Source of the DNA: Octopus bimaculoides
Lineage: Eukaryota
Assembly (NCBI RefSeq): GCF_001194135.2
Contig: NC_068990.1
Span: forward strand, 84,097,634-84,161,633
DNA length: 64,000 nt
Direction of reading: 5' to 3'
The first letter of the stretch is position 1; each line of letters begins with the position of its first letter. Below are positions 1-12,591 of the stretch, in pieces. Made by a program: the position numbers and the translations under genes. Below the pieces are notes generated by a model. The model worked only from the letters and a program-made list of their open reading frames with translations, made no database searches and was not told the DNA's origin.

Positions 1-120
1 AGAAAGAGCACAGAAAGAAAAGAGGGTGGAGTATACATATTTACATATGACGGAGGAATTTATGCAGTAGCCATAAAAAAATTTACATTCAGATATTCAC
101 AAATACTGCAGTGGATAAAA

Positions 121-133
121 ATAAATAATAATC

Positions 134-184
<51 letters not shown>

Positions 185-257
185 GCGATGATGCTGATGA
201 TGCTGATGAGGATGATGGTGATGACGATGACAACGATGATGATGATAATGATAATGA
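121..257. repeat. (AAT)n followed by (GAT)n microsatellites
   Basis: Direct reading; explains the poly-Ile/His/Tyr ORFs. Confidence 0.95.
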
Positions 258-735
258 GGGTAATTTCTTGCATTGGCACAGGGCCACAAATTTTATAGGG
301 GGTCAGGGATGTAGTTGATTGGATCAACCTGGAACTCATTTTCTCGAAACCTTGGAGGAACATTGCACTAAGTCTACCTCAGAAGGATTTGAACTAAGAC
401 TGTAGAAGAACAAAACTAAGCACTATAAAATATTTCATCCAACTTTCTTACTGTTTCTGCAAACTCAACACCCTCAGTAATAATAATGATAATTGTTCTT
501 TTCTTTTTTTTCTTTTTACATAGGCACAAAGGCCTCAAATTTCAGTGAGGGGTTTTAGTCAATTAAATCAACATCAGTACTTGACAGGTACTTTTTTTAT
601 CATATCAACACCCCCCCCAGAAAAATGAAAGCAAAAGTTGGCCTCAGTGAGATTTGAACTCAGAACGTAATGGACTGCAAGTAAATGCTGCAAAATATTT
701 CGTCAGATGCTTTAACAATTCGACCAAAATTCAAA
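255..735 (-). mobile_element. Two degenerate family-A-type SINE copies
   Basis: ggcacaaaggcctcaaattt...aaaatgaaagcaaaagttggcctcagtgagatttgaactcagaac is the reverse complement of the family-A central domain and B-box. Confidence 0.6.
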
Positions 736-916
736 ATACAGGCAACAAGGCCTCAGATTAGTAAGGGAAAGAAAATGAGACAGAGTGACATTCATGCTGT
801 TTTCACTGTACTAATCATCACATGTTAAAATGACCTTGAATAAGAAATCAAAAGCCTGACAACAGATTGAACTTTACAAGATTTTAACCTTCTCTACTCT
901 GCAGCATTTACCACCA

Positions 917-920
<4 letters not shown>

Positions 921-951
<31 letters not shown>

Positions 952-1038
952 TATTATTATTATTATTATTATTACTAATTATTATTATTATTATCATTAT
1001 TATTAATATTACTATTATTATTATTATTATTATTATTA
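921..1038. repeat. (AAT)n directly abutting (ATT)n
   Basis: Direct reading; strand switch at ~949. Confidence 0.95.
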
Positions 1039-1252
1039 TAATCATTCCCAGTTTCTTACACAGGCCCAAAAGACACTATAGGAGATACCCATACTGTTGA
1101 GTTAATCAGCTATAACAGATTTACTAAGATGGTAACAAGCCGACACGTTTTGAGGAAGAATTATACCAATTCATGGCTGCTACTTATTCTGTCAAACCCT
1201 TGAAAGGATGTAAGATAAAGTCAACCACGGCAAGCTTTGGGTATTAATATTG

Positions 1253-1294
<42 letters not shown>

Positions 1295-1393
1295 TGGTCT
1301 TTCATAGAAACATGGCCAATTTTGTAGAGGATGCAATGTGTATAGATGCCTGAATCAACTACAGTAATAGTAGTCGTAGTAGGAGTAGTAGTA

Positions 1394-1433
<40 letters not shown>

Positions 1434-1814
1434 TGATGATAAATAAAGCCATAAATTTGAGAGGGTGGGTTACCCAAGTAAGTCAACCCCATTAATTTGA
1501 CTGGTACTTTATTATATGGACATCAGAAGGATGAAAGGCAAAATTGATATCAGCGAAATTCAAACTTAATAATAATAATCATAATAATAATAATAATAAA
1601 AATAATATTTTCTTTAATAATGATAATAATCATTAGTAATAGAAATAGAAGAGAAATTAAAAGAAAAACAAAATCATGAGACTATGAAAACCAAAAACAA
1701 CAAAATTACCAACAAAAACAGGAAAGGTGGGTGTGAGGCTCCCTAAACAAAGCTGGTTATATATGCTGATTTATACAATATGTACAAGCATAAAACACTT
1801 CTTAATTAAAAGTA

Positions 1815-1859
<45 letters not shown>

Positions 1860-2666
1860 CATTTTAGGTGGGTGGGGAGAAGGTTTTATATCATTTTTTT
1901 TTTCCAGTTGGGAATAGGTAAGTTTTTTTGTTTTTATATTCTTTTTGTTAAACCCATCAACAACAACAACAACAACAACAAAAGGAATATAGATTTAAAT
2001 TATAAACAAATGGGGAGGGGGGAAAGAAAATGAAAATTTAAAAGAAAACAACATGAATAAAAGAATCAAATAAAAACAGTGCCATCAATGAGATAAGATA
2101 TATACATATTACATATATTTTATATATATCATAAATCGCATATATATTATATATATCATATATATATCACAAATATATCCTTCATATATATATATATATA
2201 TATCATATATATATATATATACATATATATATATCCATATATATATATCATATCATATATATGTGTGTATATATATATATAATGTGGTATGTGTGTGAAA
2301 AAATTAAACAGTAATTGAAGATATTGATGTTAGCGACATGTAAATAGCAGTGGTATATGTCAAGTGTGTGTGTATGTGTGTCTATGTTTTATGGTAAGAA
2401 ATGAAGCAAATTTCAATGTAAATTTAGCAAGTAGTAGTAGTAGCAGCAGTAATTTCTTACATTAACAATGTGTTTTGACTAGGCACCAGGCCCATCTTTT
2501 AGAATGGAACAGTCCACTTATTTAAACCAGTGTGCAAGTAATGGCAATGAAAAGGTTCATTTGTTTAATTAAGATACTTGATTGAGGGCAAGAGATCTGA
2601 TACTATATAGAATACAGTAAAAACTGTGTGCATGTGTGTGTGTCTCTGTCTATGTATGTGTGTGCA

Positions 2667-2723
<57 letters not shown>

Positions 2724-4218
2724 NNNNNNNNNNNNNNNNNNNNNNNNNNNNNNNNNNNNNNNNNNNNNNNNNNNNNNNNNNNNNNNNNNNNNNNNNNNNN
2801 NNNNNNNNNNNNNNNNNNNNNNNNNNNNNNNNNNNNNNNNNNNNNNNNNNNNNNNNNNNNNNNNNNNNNNNNNNNNNNNNNNNNNNNNNNNNNNNNNNNN
2901 NNNNNNNNNNNNNNNNNNNNNNNNNNNNNNNNNNNNNNNNNNNNNNNNNNNNNNNNNNNNNNNNNNNNNNNNNNNNNNNNNNNNNNNNNNNNNNNNNNNN
3001 NNNNNNNNNNNNNNNNNNNNNNNNNNNNNNNNNNNNNNNNNNNNNNNNNNNNNNNNNNNNNNNNNNNNNNNNNNNNNNNNNNNNNNNNNNNNNNNNNNNN
3101 NNNNNNNNNNNNNNNNNNNNNNNNNNNNNNNNNNNNNNNNNNNNNNNNNNNNNNNNNNNNNNNNNNNNNNNNNNNNNNNNNNNNNNNNNNNNNNNNNNNN
3201 NNNNNNNNNNNNNNNNNNNNNNNNNNNNNNNNNNNNNNNNNNNNNNNNNNNNNNNNNNNNNNNNNNNNNNNNNNNNNNNNNNNNNNNNNNNNNNNNNNNN
3301 NNNNNNNNNNNNNNNNNNNNNNNNNNNNNNNNNNNNNNNNNNNNNNNNNNNNNNNNNNNNNNNNNNNNNNNNNNNNNNNNNNNNNNNNNNNNNNNNNNNN
3401 NNNNNNNNNNNNNNNNNNNNNNNNNNNNNNNNNNNNNNNNNNNNNNNNNNNNNNNNNNNNNNNNNNNNNNNNNNNNNNNNNNNNNNNNNNNNNNNNNNNN
3501 NNNNNNNNNNNNNNNNNNNNNNNNNNNNNNNNNNNNNNNNNNNNNNNNNNNNNNNNNNNNNNNNNNNNNNNNNNNNNNNNNNNNNNNNNNNNNNNNNNNN
3601 NNNNNNNNNNNNNNNNNNNNNNNNTATATATATATATATATTTATATATATATTTATTTATATATATATTTATTTATATATATACACACACACACAATCT
3701 ATATACACACATACAGCTATATCTACACACACCTTTCTATCTATCTGCATACATACACACAGACCCACATTTGAGCTTCGGCCTAAATTTGAGTAAAGGT
3801 AGCTATCTCAAATTTGAAATAAATAAATACTTTCTGTCAACCTGGAAGGTTGCCTTTGGTGGTTAACACAAGAATGAGAAAATCTGTTTCTGAGGGCTGA
3901 ACAGCTTCTCCATGCTAAATTTCTAAATTCTTCACTCTCTTACTCACATCATCCTCAAAAACCACCCATCCTACTCATGTTTCAAAATGCCTCTCTCTCT
4001 CTCTGACTTTCACTCACTCACACACACACACACCGTGTCACAGAGATTTTGCCCAACAACTGTTATTTATATCCAAGCATGTGTAACATCATAAATCTAT
4101 CAATTGGCTTTGATGCGAATCTGACACTGCCTGTCACTAAACTTGAATGGCTTGGTCATCTTGTTCTCTGACCAACCATTTTTCGCTATGCATTAAACCA
4201 GTGTTTATATATATATAT

Positions 4219-4459
4219 ATGTTGTTGTACTTGAGGATGGTCATATTGCCAGTTTAGCCAATAAAAACACACGCACTGTATATTTGGTGTTAATTTGCTT
4301 CAGTTTTATATTACATTATATTACATTAGTAATGTAATGTAATGTAATATAATGTAATATAATGTAATATAATGCTGAAGCAAATTAACACCAAATATAC
4401 AGTGCGTGTGTTTTTATTGCCTAAACTGGCAATATGACCATCCCCAAGTACAACAACAT
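4219..4459. repeat. Long near-perfect inverted repeat (hairpin)
   Basis: 4219-4303 is the reverse complement of 4375-4459 with 2 mismatches in 85 bp; the spacer (attac)n/(taatg)n is also largely self-complementary. Confidence 0.95.
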
Positions 4460-4559
4460 CTGTTTCAACGCACGATTTCACATCAAAAGTCTTGCAAAAC
4501 AAATATATATATATATATAAATATATATATATCATGCTATGTTATTACATTATTAATAT

Positions 4560-5771
4560 ATCATTGTATCCAGTATTTTTAAAACTTGTACTTCCTACAG
4601 AGCACACTGTTATTGTACACTTTGTTAATGTACACATTGCATAATGATTTATTACAACATAACAGATGTGTAGCTGCTTCCATCACTGGGTCAATGCATG
4701 CGTTTTCGTGTTGTTTTACTGTAATTAAACTGACTGCTTAGAAAATAGCTGAGGGTGGGGGGGGGAGAGAAAAAAAACTAACCTGTTGGTTATACAAACA
4801 GACGGACACCCAAATCTACAAGACAGACAAACGGAGAAACAAAGACACAGGTAGCCACAACCACAGCCCAACAACAGTGTGAACATTTTGTAAATATCGG
4901 CATCAGCAGCCATTATCAAAATCCAAAGAAGGAACAACAAAAACAAACGAAAAAAATCATCATTTTCTTTGTTTTCTTTTTCTTTCTTTCTTAAAAGAGG
5001 GAGTGGGTGTCAGTTTTTTGCTTTATAGTTTACGTTTCTTTTTTGCCTAATTTTTTTTTTATTTAATTTTTTTTGCAGCAGTAGCAGTGATGAGACAAAA
5101 GAGTGGGGAGGGCTCATAAATTGAAAAGAGAAAAAAACCATTTTAAATATGGATATATANNNNNNNNNNNNNNNNNNNNNNNNNNNNNNNNNNNNNNNNN
5201 NNNNNNNNNNNNNNNNNNNNNNNNNNNNNNNNNNNNNNNNNNNNNNNNNNNNNNNNNNNNNNNNNNNNNNNNNNNNNNNNNNNNNNNNNNNNNNNNNNNN
5301 NNNNNNNNNNNNNNNNNNNNNNNNNNNNNNNNNNNNNNNNNNNNNNNNNNNNNNNNNNNNNNNNNNNNNNNNNNNNNNNNNNNNNNNNNNNNNNNNNNNN
5401 NNNNNNNNNNNNNNNNNNNNNNNNNNNNNNNNNNNNNNNNNNNNNNNNNNNNNNNNNNNNNNNNNGTGTGTATCATTTGCCAAAAAAAGTTTGGATGGAG
5501 GAAGAAATAACAAAATAAAAAGTTGGAAAAAAAAAAGGTTGCTTCTATTGGACACCCCCTCCACCCACCATCCAGTAACACATAGATAGTTATAGTCTGA
5601 TGTAGTTTTGTTTGTGTGTGTCTTTTGCAGAACCACAGACAGAGACAGACAGACAAATAAAAACAAGAGGAAGGGAGGGATGGTAATGGTCCAAGTCCCT
5701 CTCCCTCCAGTCACCCACCATCTTTTTTTTTTGCTTTTTTTTTTTCTCTCCTTTTATGTATTTCTCCACCA
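4560..5771 (-). other. Probable 3' UTR of PIP4K2 (true end unknown, interrupted by gap 5160-5465)
   Basis: Directly follows the stop codon; non-coding with U-rich/GU-rich tracts on the minus strand; extent is inferred. Confidence 0.5.
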
Positions 5772-5953
5772 CTACTCAATTGAACGCTCAATGAATTCCA
5801 AGAACCTCTTGGCATACTGATCAGGGCGCACTGTTGAGATCTCGGCACCAGAACCGTGTTTTACAGTCTTTGCAGCCTGAGCAGTCCGTTTCTTCATGCC
5901 GTACTTCGTAAGGATATCTATCATGGCCAAGAAATAAATGATTTGTTTGTCTT
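5772..5953 (-). CDS. PIP4K2: PIP4K2 last coding exon: (E)[59 protein letters not shown]
   Basis: Acceptor tttgcag|AA; IDILT motif and activation loop; TAG stop at 5774-5772. Confidence 0.96.
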
Positions 5954-8315
5954 CTGCAAAAAAAGAAAAAAATAGTAACAGGTCAATGAAATTCAGCATA
6001 TTATTATTACTATTTTTATTATTGTTATTATTCATAGTTTGATAAATATATCAACACATTTCTTTTGAAACTCATGAAGAACAGGATAATTCTTAGAAAA
6101 CATACATAAAATTGCTTCAAGCTAACATATATTTTCAAAGAATACACTAAGCATATTAACAGAACCTAGCATTATCATTTTCTAAAATGGGTATGTCTAT
6201 CCTTATATGTAATCATTGAATATTCTTATAAAACCTGTTGTACAAATTACAAAGTGGATACGGACACGGTCAGGATCTGCCATAATGTTGGATTAAAAGT
6301 CAACACTAAGTCAGTGTAATTCTTTACAACAGTCACTTGCTATTACTATGTCAATACTTAGAACATTATTGCCATGTCAGCAACAGAAATTGGTGTGAGG
6401 CTTGTTATAACATTTAAATAATGCAAGCAATAACTCTCAAAGTGCTTTTGATTATCATGTGATCATCATCATCATCATCATCCGCTTTCCATGCTGGCAT
6501 GGGTGGGACAGTTTGACAGGAGCCAGCCAGTCAGAAGCCTGCACCAGACTTCTGTGTCTGTTTTGGCAGGATTTTCACAGCTGGATGCCCTTCTTAACAC
6601 CAACCACCCAGCAGACAAAATACAGCCACAAAATATGAGCACTGCAAACAAAGATAATCTTTTGTAATTTATGTAACTTTGTGCTATAATGTAATTCTCT
6701 TAATGCATTGATCAACTTTTATCGTTAGTACTGATTTTTGTGTCACCCTTCGGCAATTGTTAAGTACCAGGCTGAATCAACTGCACTTCCCCACTCGCTA
6801 TAAAAATCATAAATTACAACAGCTTAATGTTATTTAGTTTATCTGAGTTGATATACCCAAAAGTAGTCGAGTACTAGGGTTGAATTCTTTGACTACACAC
6901 ACCCAGAAAATGTTTGGCTCTAGACCTAAGAAATCACTATGAGAAAAGGCAGCAGGCATAAGTGAATGCATATTTTGTTTTGTTCTCTACATTCTAGATA
7001 CAAGAGTTCAAATCCAACCAGAATCAAAAATAAAGGTACCAAACATGTATTAAGACCAATACAAATCACTATAATCCTCTCAAAATATTAAAAATCAAAG
7101 TTGTGTGNNNNNNNNNNNNNNNNNNNNNNNNNNNNNNNNNTGTGTGTGTGTGTGTGTGTGTGTGTGTTAGTAGAGGAAGGGTGAGTTCCTTTTTTGTTCT
7201 AGGTTAATGCTTAGAAATATCATATATATATACACATACATAAATACATATAAGACAAAAAGAGAAAGGAGAGAGATGTGACAAATATATAAAAATGTAA
7301 ACTTAAAAGCAGAAAAACAGTTTAATTTTTAATAATTTTTAATACTTTTATTACCTTTCTCACTTTTTATACCAAAAATCTCGATTTTGGGATCAACTTC
7401 TCCGGTGAATGGTTGTCCAACAAATGTTTGGGGACTATCAGGTGGAGTAGGTACACTTCCCATCACATCATTAATTTCTTCCTCCTCTAAAAGTCCATCA
7501 TCAGCTTCCCCATCAGCATTTTCTCCATTTTCCGCCTCTGCTTCGGCTTCTAGTTGAGCTTCAAATGCTTCCTGTTCAGCTTTCTCACAGTCATGAATAC
7601 CAACAATTAAACTATAATCCATCAAGTGTAAACTGGCAAGAAACTAGAAAGAAACAAAGAAGTAAAGTAAGACTTTCTCTTCAACAAAGAACAAAAATTG
7701 GTCGATGCAAGTTTGATTAACATAGTCAATTCTAAGAGGAAACTCTGACAGCAACAACAACTTTAAAAGGGTTGGAGGTTTTACATTTCTGAATCCAAGT
7801 CTCATTACAAGCTCTGTAGATTCATAACATATACTGGAAATCAATGAAATCAAATAAAATAAGTATGGACTGACATCAACATAATTATAATCCTCCACCA
7901 TAAATTTACGGTTCTCTAATAATGTAAGTAATAGTAAAATAGCTAATTAAATACTTCAGTAATTTGTTGCATTCCTTGATATTATGAGTTCAAGTTTTGC
8001 CAAGCATGATCAAATAATTACCAGTTGTGTAATGGGATCTAGGTTTTGTTATTTTCAATCATTGAAAAAGAAGATTGTGAATCCATATACTAAAAGATGT
8101 GACTTATTTTCCCTTCACTTTGTCAATAAATGCTAAGCTGAACAAAAAAACATTTTCCCCTTCTTTTTTCCCAAATTTATGCATGTGTTCAAATTGATTC
8201 TAGTAAAATGAATGATATTGAAAGCTTTTGCAGGTGAAACAGAGCAAGATTTCAATGAAGTAATAATCTTCAAAACTGTATTCATTTGGAGAATTTCTGT
8301 CTCCACTTATGCTCT

Positions 8316-8355
<40 letters not shown>

Positions 8356-8592
8356 TATATCCATACATATATGTACATACCTACATCTATATGTATACAT
8401 ACATGCATATATGGGTACAGGACATCACAAAAAAACATTAAACACAATGAGAAATGAAAAACAAAGACGAAAACAGAAAACGAACTTTTTTCAAACAACG
8501 AAAAAAAAAAACAAACAGAAAAACGAGACATGCAACATAAAGAGTATAACCCTTCGTCAGTTGTCCCTGTCCATCTACTCTGCGTTATATAA

Positions 8593-8628
<36 letters not shown>

Positions 8629-11600
8629 ATGAGTTTTCTTTCTACACGTCCCTGTCCACACATTCTGCAAACACCTCATTCTTTTTTCCCTTTATTGTTA
8701 CTAAAGCTCTTATAATGCATCTAGGCTTTTCTCGTCAATTTACTTTGGCCCACATTATGAACAGCGTTTTTTAAGAATAATTTACTCTTTCCAACCCAGA
8801 TCTAGCTTATGCTTCAATCCAGCCCACAGAGCCAAAAGAGTTTGGCACCGTTATCCCAGATATGAGAATGTTGCTCGAGAGAAAGAGAGGAAGTGAAGGA
8901 GAAAGGGATTGGTATCTCCTCCAGGAAGAGATATATCATCTATCAATTGCTTCACACTAAGAAATCAAAAGTAAATACTGACACTTAACAACAATTGCAG
9001 TCTCTTCCCGGTATTAAGGTCACGCCTGCTGGTGAAGAGGATTGGTTTTCAAGAGTTCTGTGTCAGTACCACATGGAAAGCACTCAGCACACTCTGCAAA
9101 GTGGTTGGCATTAGGAAGGGCATCCAGCAGCAGAAACCCTGACAAATAAGACTAGAGCCTGGTGCAGCTTGCCAGCCCTGGTCAAAGCATCCAACCCATG
9201 CCAGCATGGACAATGGATGTTAAATGATGATGATGATGATGATGATGATTATGATGATGATGATGATGATGGAGATACAATTTTTCAATTTTTTTTACCC
9301 TAAGTATACATGGTGTTATGCAGTTGAGAAACAAAAATTTCCCCTGGATAGGACACCAGAATTTTCACAGGGATATTCAAAATTTAATGTCTATAGTCTT
9401 CTGAAACAAGTTTAAGAGCAAGATGTAATTATTAGAAAAGAAATCATTCATTGTATAGGATCAATGTATTCAATTAACCTCCCTCCCAAATTTCTGGCCT
9501 TGTGCTTATATTTGAAGATTGTTATCATTGAGGGACTGGCAGAGTTGATAGCCAGTCGGACTAAATGTTTTGTGATATTTGTTCCAGCTCTTTATATTCT
9601 GAGTTCAAACATCACCAAGATCAACTTTGCCTGCCATCTTTCCAGGAGTCGATAAAATAAAGTACAAATGAAGTACTACTGTGAATTTAATTGACTTACC
9701 CTTCCCTTCAAAATTGCTGTTATTATTGTTGTTGTTGTTATGATTACTATTATTATCATTATTAAGGCAGTGACCTTGTAGAATCATTAGCAAGTCAGAC
9801 AAAATGCCTAGTGATATTACTTCCAGTTCTTTATGCTCTGGATTATAAACTCCACTGTGGTTGACTTAGCCTTTTAATTTTTCGGGGATTGATGAAATAC
9901 ATAGCAGTCAACCACTGAGGGTAATGTAATCGACACTCCCACTCCCCTCAAAACTGCTGGCCTTGTGCCAAAATTTGAAACAGTTATTATGAGCAGCAGC
10001 AGCTGCCATGATAAGAGTAACAATAAATGGTGAGAGGAGGGGGGAAGTGAGGATGGAGAGGGGGAAAGGGGGGAGGAGGAGGGGAGGNNNNNNNNNNNNN
10101 NNNNNNNNNNNNNNNNNNNNNNNNNNNNNNNNNNNNNNNNNNNNNNNNNNNNNNNNNNNNNNNNNNNNNNNNNNNNNNNNNNNNNNNNNNNNNNNNNNNN
10201 NNNNNNNNNNNNNNNNNNNNNNNNNNNNNNNNNNCTGCAGCTCCAATATGTATGATGACACCATCATTGACAAAGTCGTTATCTTTCAGAGTTGGGAGGT
10301 CTTTTGCCTGCAAAATAAATCAAACCTTTCAACAATCTGTACAATGATTACAAATAATTTATGCTTCAGTTCTTTATTTTTTTATTTCTAAGTTTTAAGT
10401 AGAAAATAAGAATTTCCAGGAAGCCTTGCAGAATTTTGCCAAAAATCATAATTGCCAGTTTTGAAAAGTATTGGAAGATCTATACAGCAGAAACCATATT
10501 GCTTTTAGCAGATAATATAAGTAACAATTGAAGTTGTTTAGCTCTAGATCAGCTCAGGCAATGCTAACTTAAATTCAGAGGCAGCCCAGCTTTCATTATC
10601 CTACTTCTTTGGTACAATACAACCAAGACTACATTATCTAATCTATATTGATGTACATGATAGAACTGCATCTTTATCTAAATTGTAAAATCTATGTCTC
10701 ACTATATCCAATAAATGAAACTAAACAAGAAGTCAATACTTCTTGTTTAGTCTCATGTTAGCCCTAACTAAGCAAATCTATTTTCAAAGGAGTTCTAGCC
10801 ACAATAAAGCACTAGTCAGGTATTAAGGTCAATGGTACTGACTAACCTACTCCCTCAAAATTGTTGGTTTTGTGCCTAAATTAGAAACAATTATGACTAT
10901 TACATGCACAATATCAGTAGGACACCCAACAAAAGGACTTGTTGTCTATTCACTTTACTGAGACCTAATATACCTGCTAGAGACAACTTAGCAGTTCAAT
11001 CTCTAGAATCAATAAAAATACAGAACCGGTAAAAGACTGAATAAATGAATCATAGTATAAGAGCTACTTACTTTCTCTTTATCACTTGCTTGCCGATCAA
11101 CAGTAGATCCCTGGAATAAATGTAAATGTGAAAAGTATTTCATAGTAGGCAGATTTTAAGCCACGAAATCCTCCACTTCAATATATAGGTTTAAAGTTGG
11201 AGGGTGTCCTTAGCTTATAAAAAAATTACACAAAATAATTTTTGGTTAAATATATAAATAAATAAAATTATTAAATGTGCATTTCTCAGATGCAGAACAT
11301 TAAGAAGCATTCAGTAAGAATAGGAAGTTCATCAAAGGAATAAAAAAGCCAACTGAAAATTACTTCCAGCAGTATCAACCTAGAAAACATTTATAACAAG
11401 CAAAAGTTAGCATTATATGTGACATTACCCATTGTCATAGTTGTTCAGCTCTGTTTACCATTAATACTCTATATAATAATAAAGCACTAACAAAATCAGT
11501 GATATAGAATACACATTACCAACCTTGAGATCATACTTTTTATGGATGGTCAACCTGGGACTGAAGACATTTCTTAAAACAACAAGGTAAGTCTCCACAT

Positions 11601-12547
11601 CATTGACAGTAATCCGATACATTCCTAGATATTGCGGTAACAACGTCTGTGCATGTATTTCAACAATATACTGCAAATATAGAAATGTACAAAATTACAG
11701 AAACGTACAGCAGGTCAAGTTTTGATATCTACATTTGTTTTAAAGGAATAGTTTTTTAAAAATAAGATGTAGAGATAACCTAGAACATTACTTTTGTGTT
11801 ATAATCTATGTCAAAATATTTCTAGAATATTAGGATCCATATAAGCAAACCAGGCCATGAAAGATAAAAAAAACATTCATACTGACGCCATAGCTTGACC
11901 ACTTATTATCCTCAAACATAACTAAAGGAATCACTACAGGTCAAGTTGACAGGGTGTTAAACTTGTCTAAAGGCCAATAGTTGCTTTTTGCATCAATAAC
12001 CTCCATGGCTAAAACAACCAACTCTCAGCAATCCAATCTACCTGGCTGTAAATATATACCATAATGAGGTGCAGTACAGCAGCATAAAAGATTAATTATG
12101 TTAACTTACAGTGATGAGTTCAGATCTCTTACCAGGGATCTGAAGAGAGGAGTAAGAGGCTATTCCAATTCATTCTCTTAATATACACATTTAATATGAT
12201 GCTAAAATTGACTACACAACCTAGATGATCAAACTACACTCTATCAATAAAGCAAACTTCTCCCTACATATTCCAACAACATCTAGACTATCCAATGCCA
12301 TACTATAATTAATATTTCACTTCAACAACTAATCTCCACTAATTTCCCCATTCTCCTTCATCAATATTCTTTCAGTTAAATATCAAGTCCATTCACAACT
12401 TGTGATCACAAGGTCATCCACTCTTCCATGTTAAATAACACTGAGTTTATTCACTGCTGAATATTAGTGGTTCTCACCTGAGATTTACTTCTGATGTCAA
12501 TGACAAAATTTATGATTAGTCTTTGACGGACCAAAGAATAAGAAAAC

Positions 12548-12591
<44 letters not shown>

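Noticed and set aside
89-5714. Long ORFs in the track (poly-Ile/His/Tyr, X-filled 380-410 aa)
   Set aside because: Read-through of microsatellites and N-gaps; no protein homology
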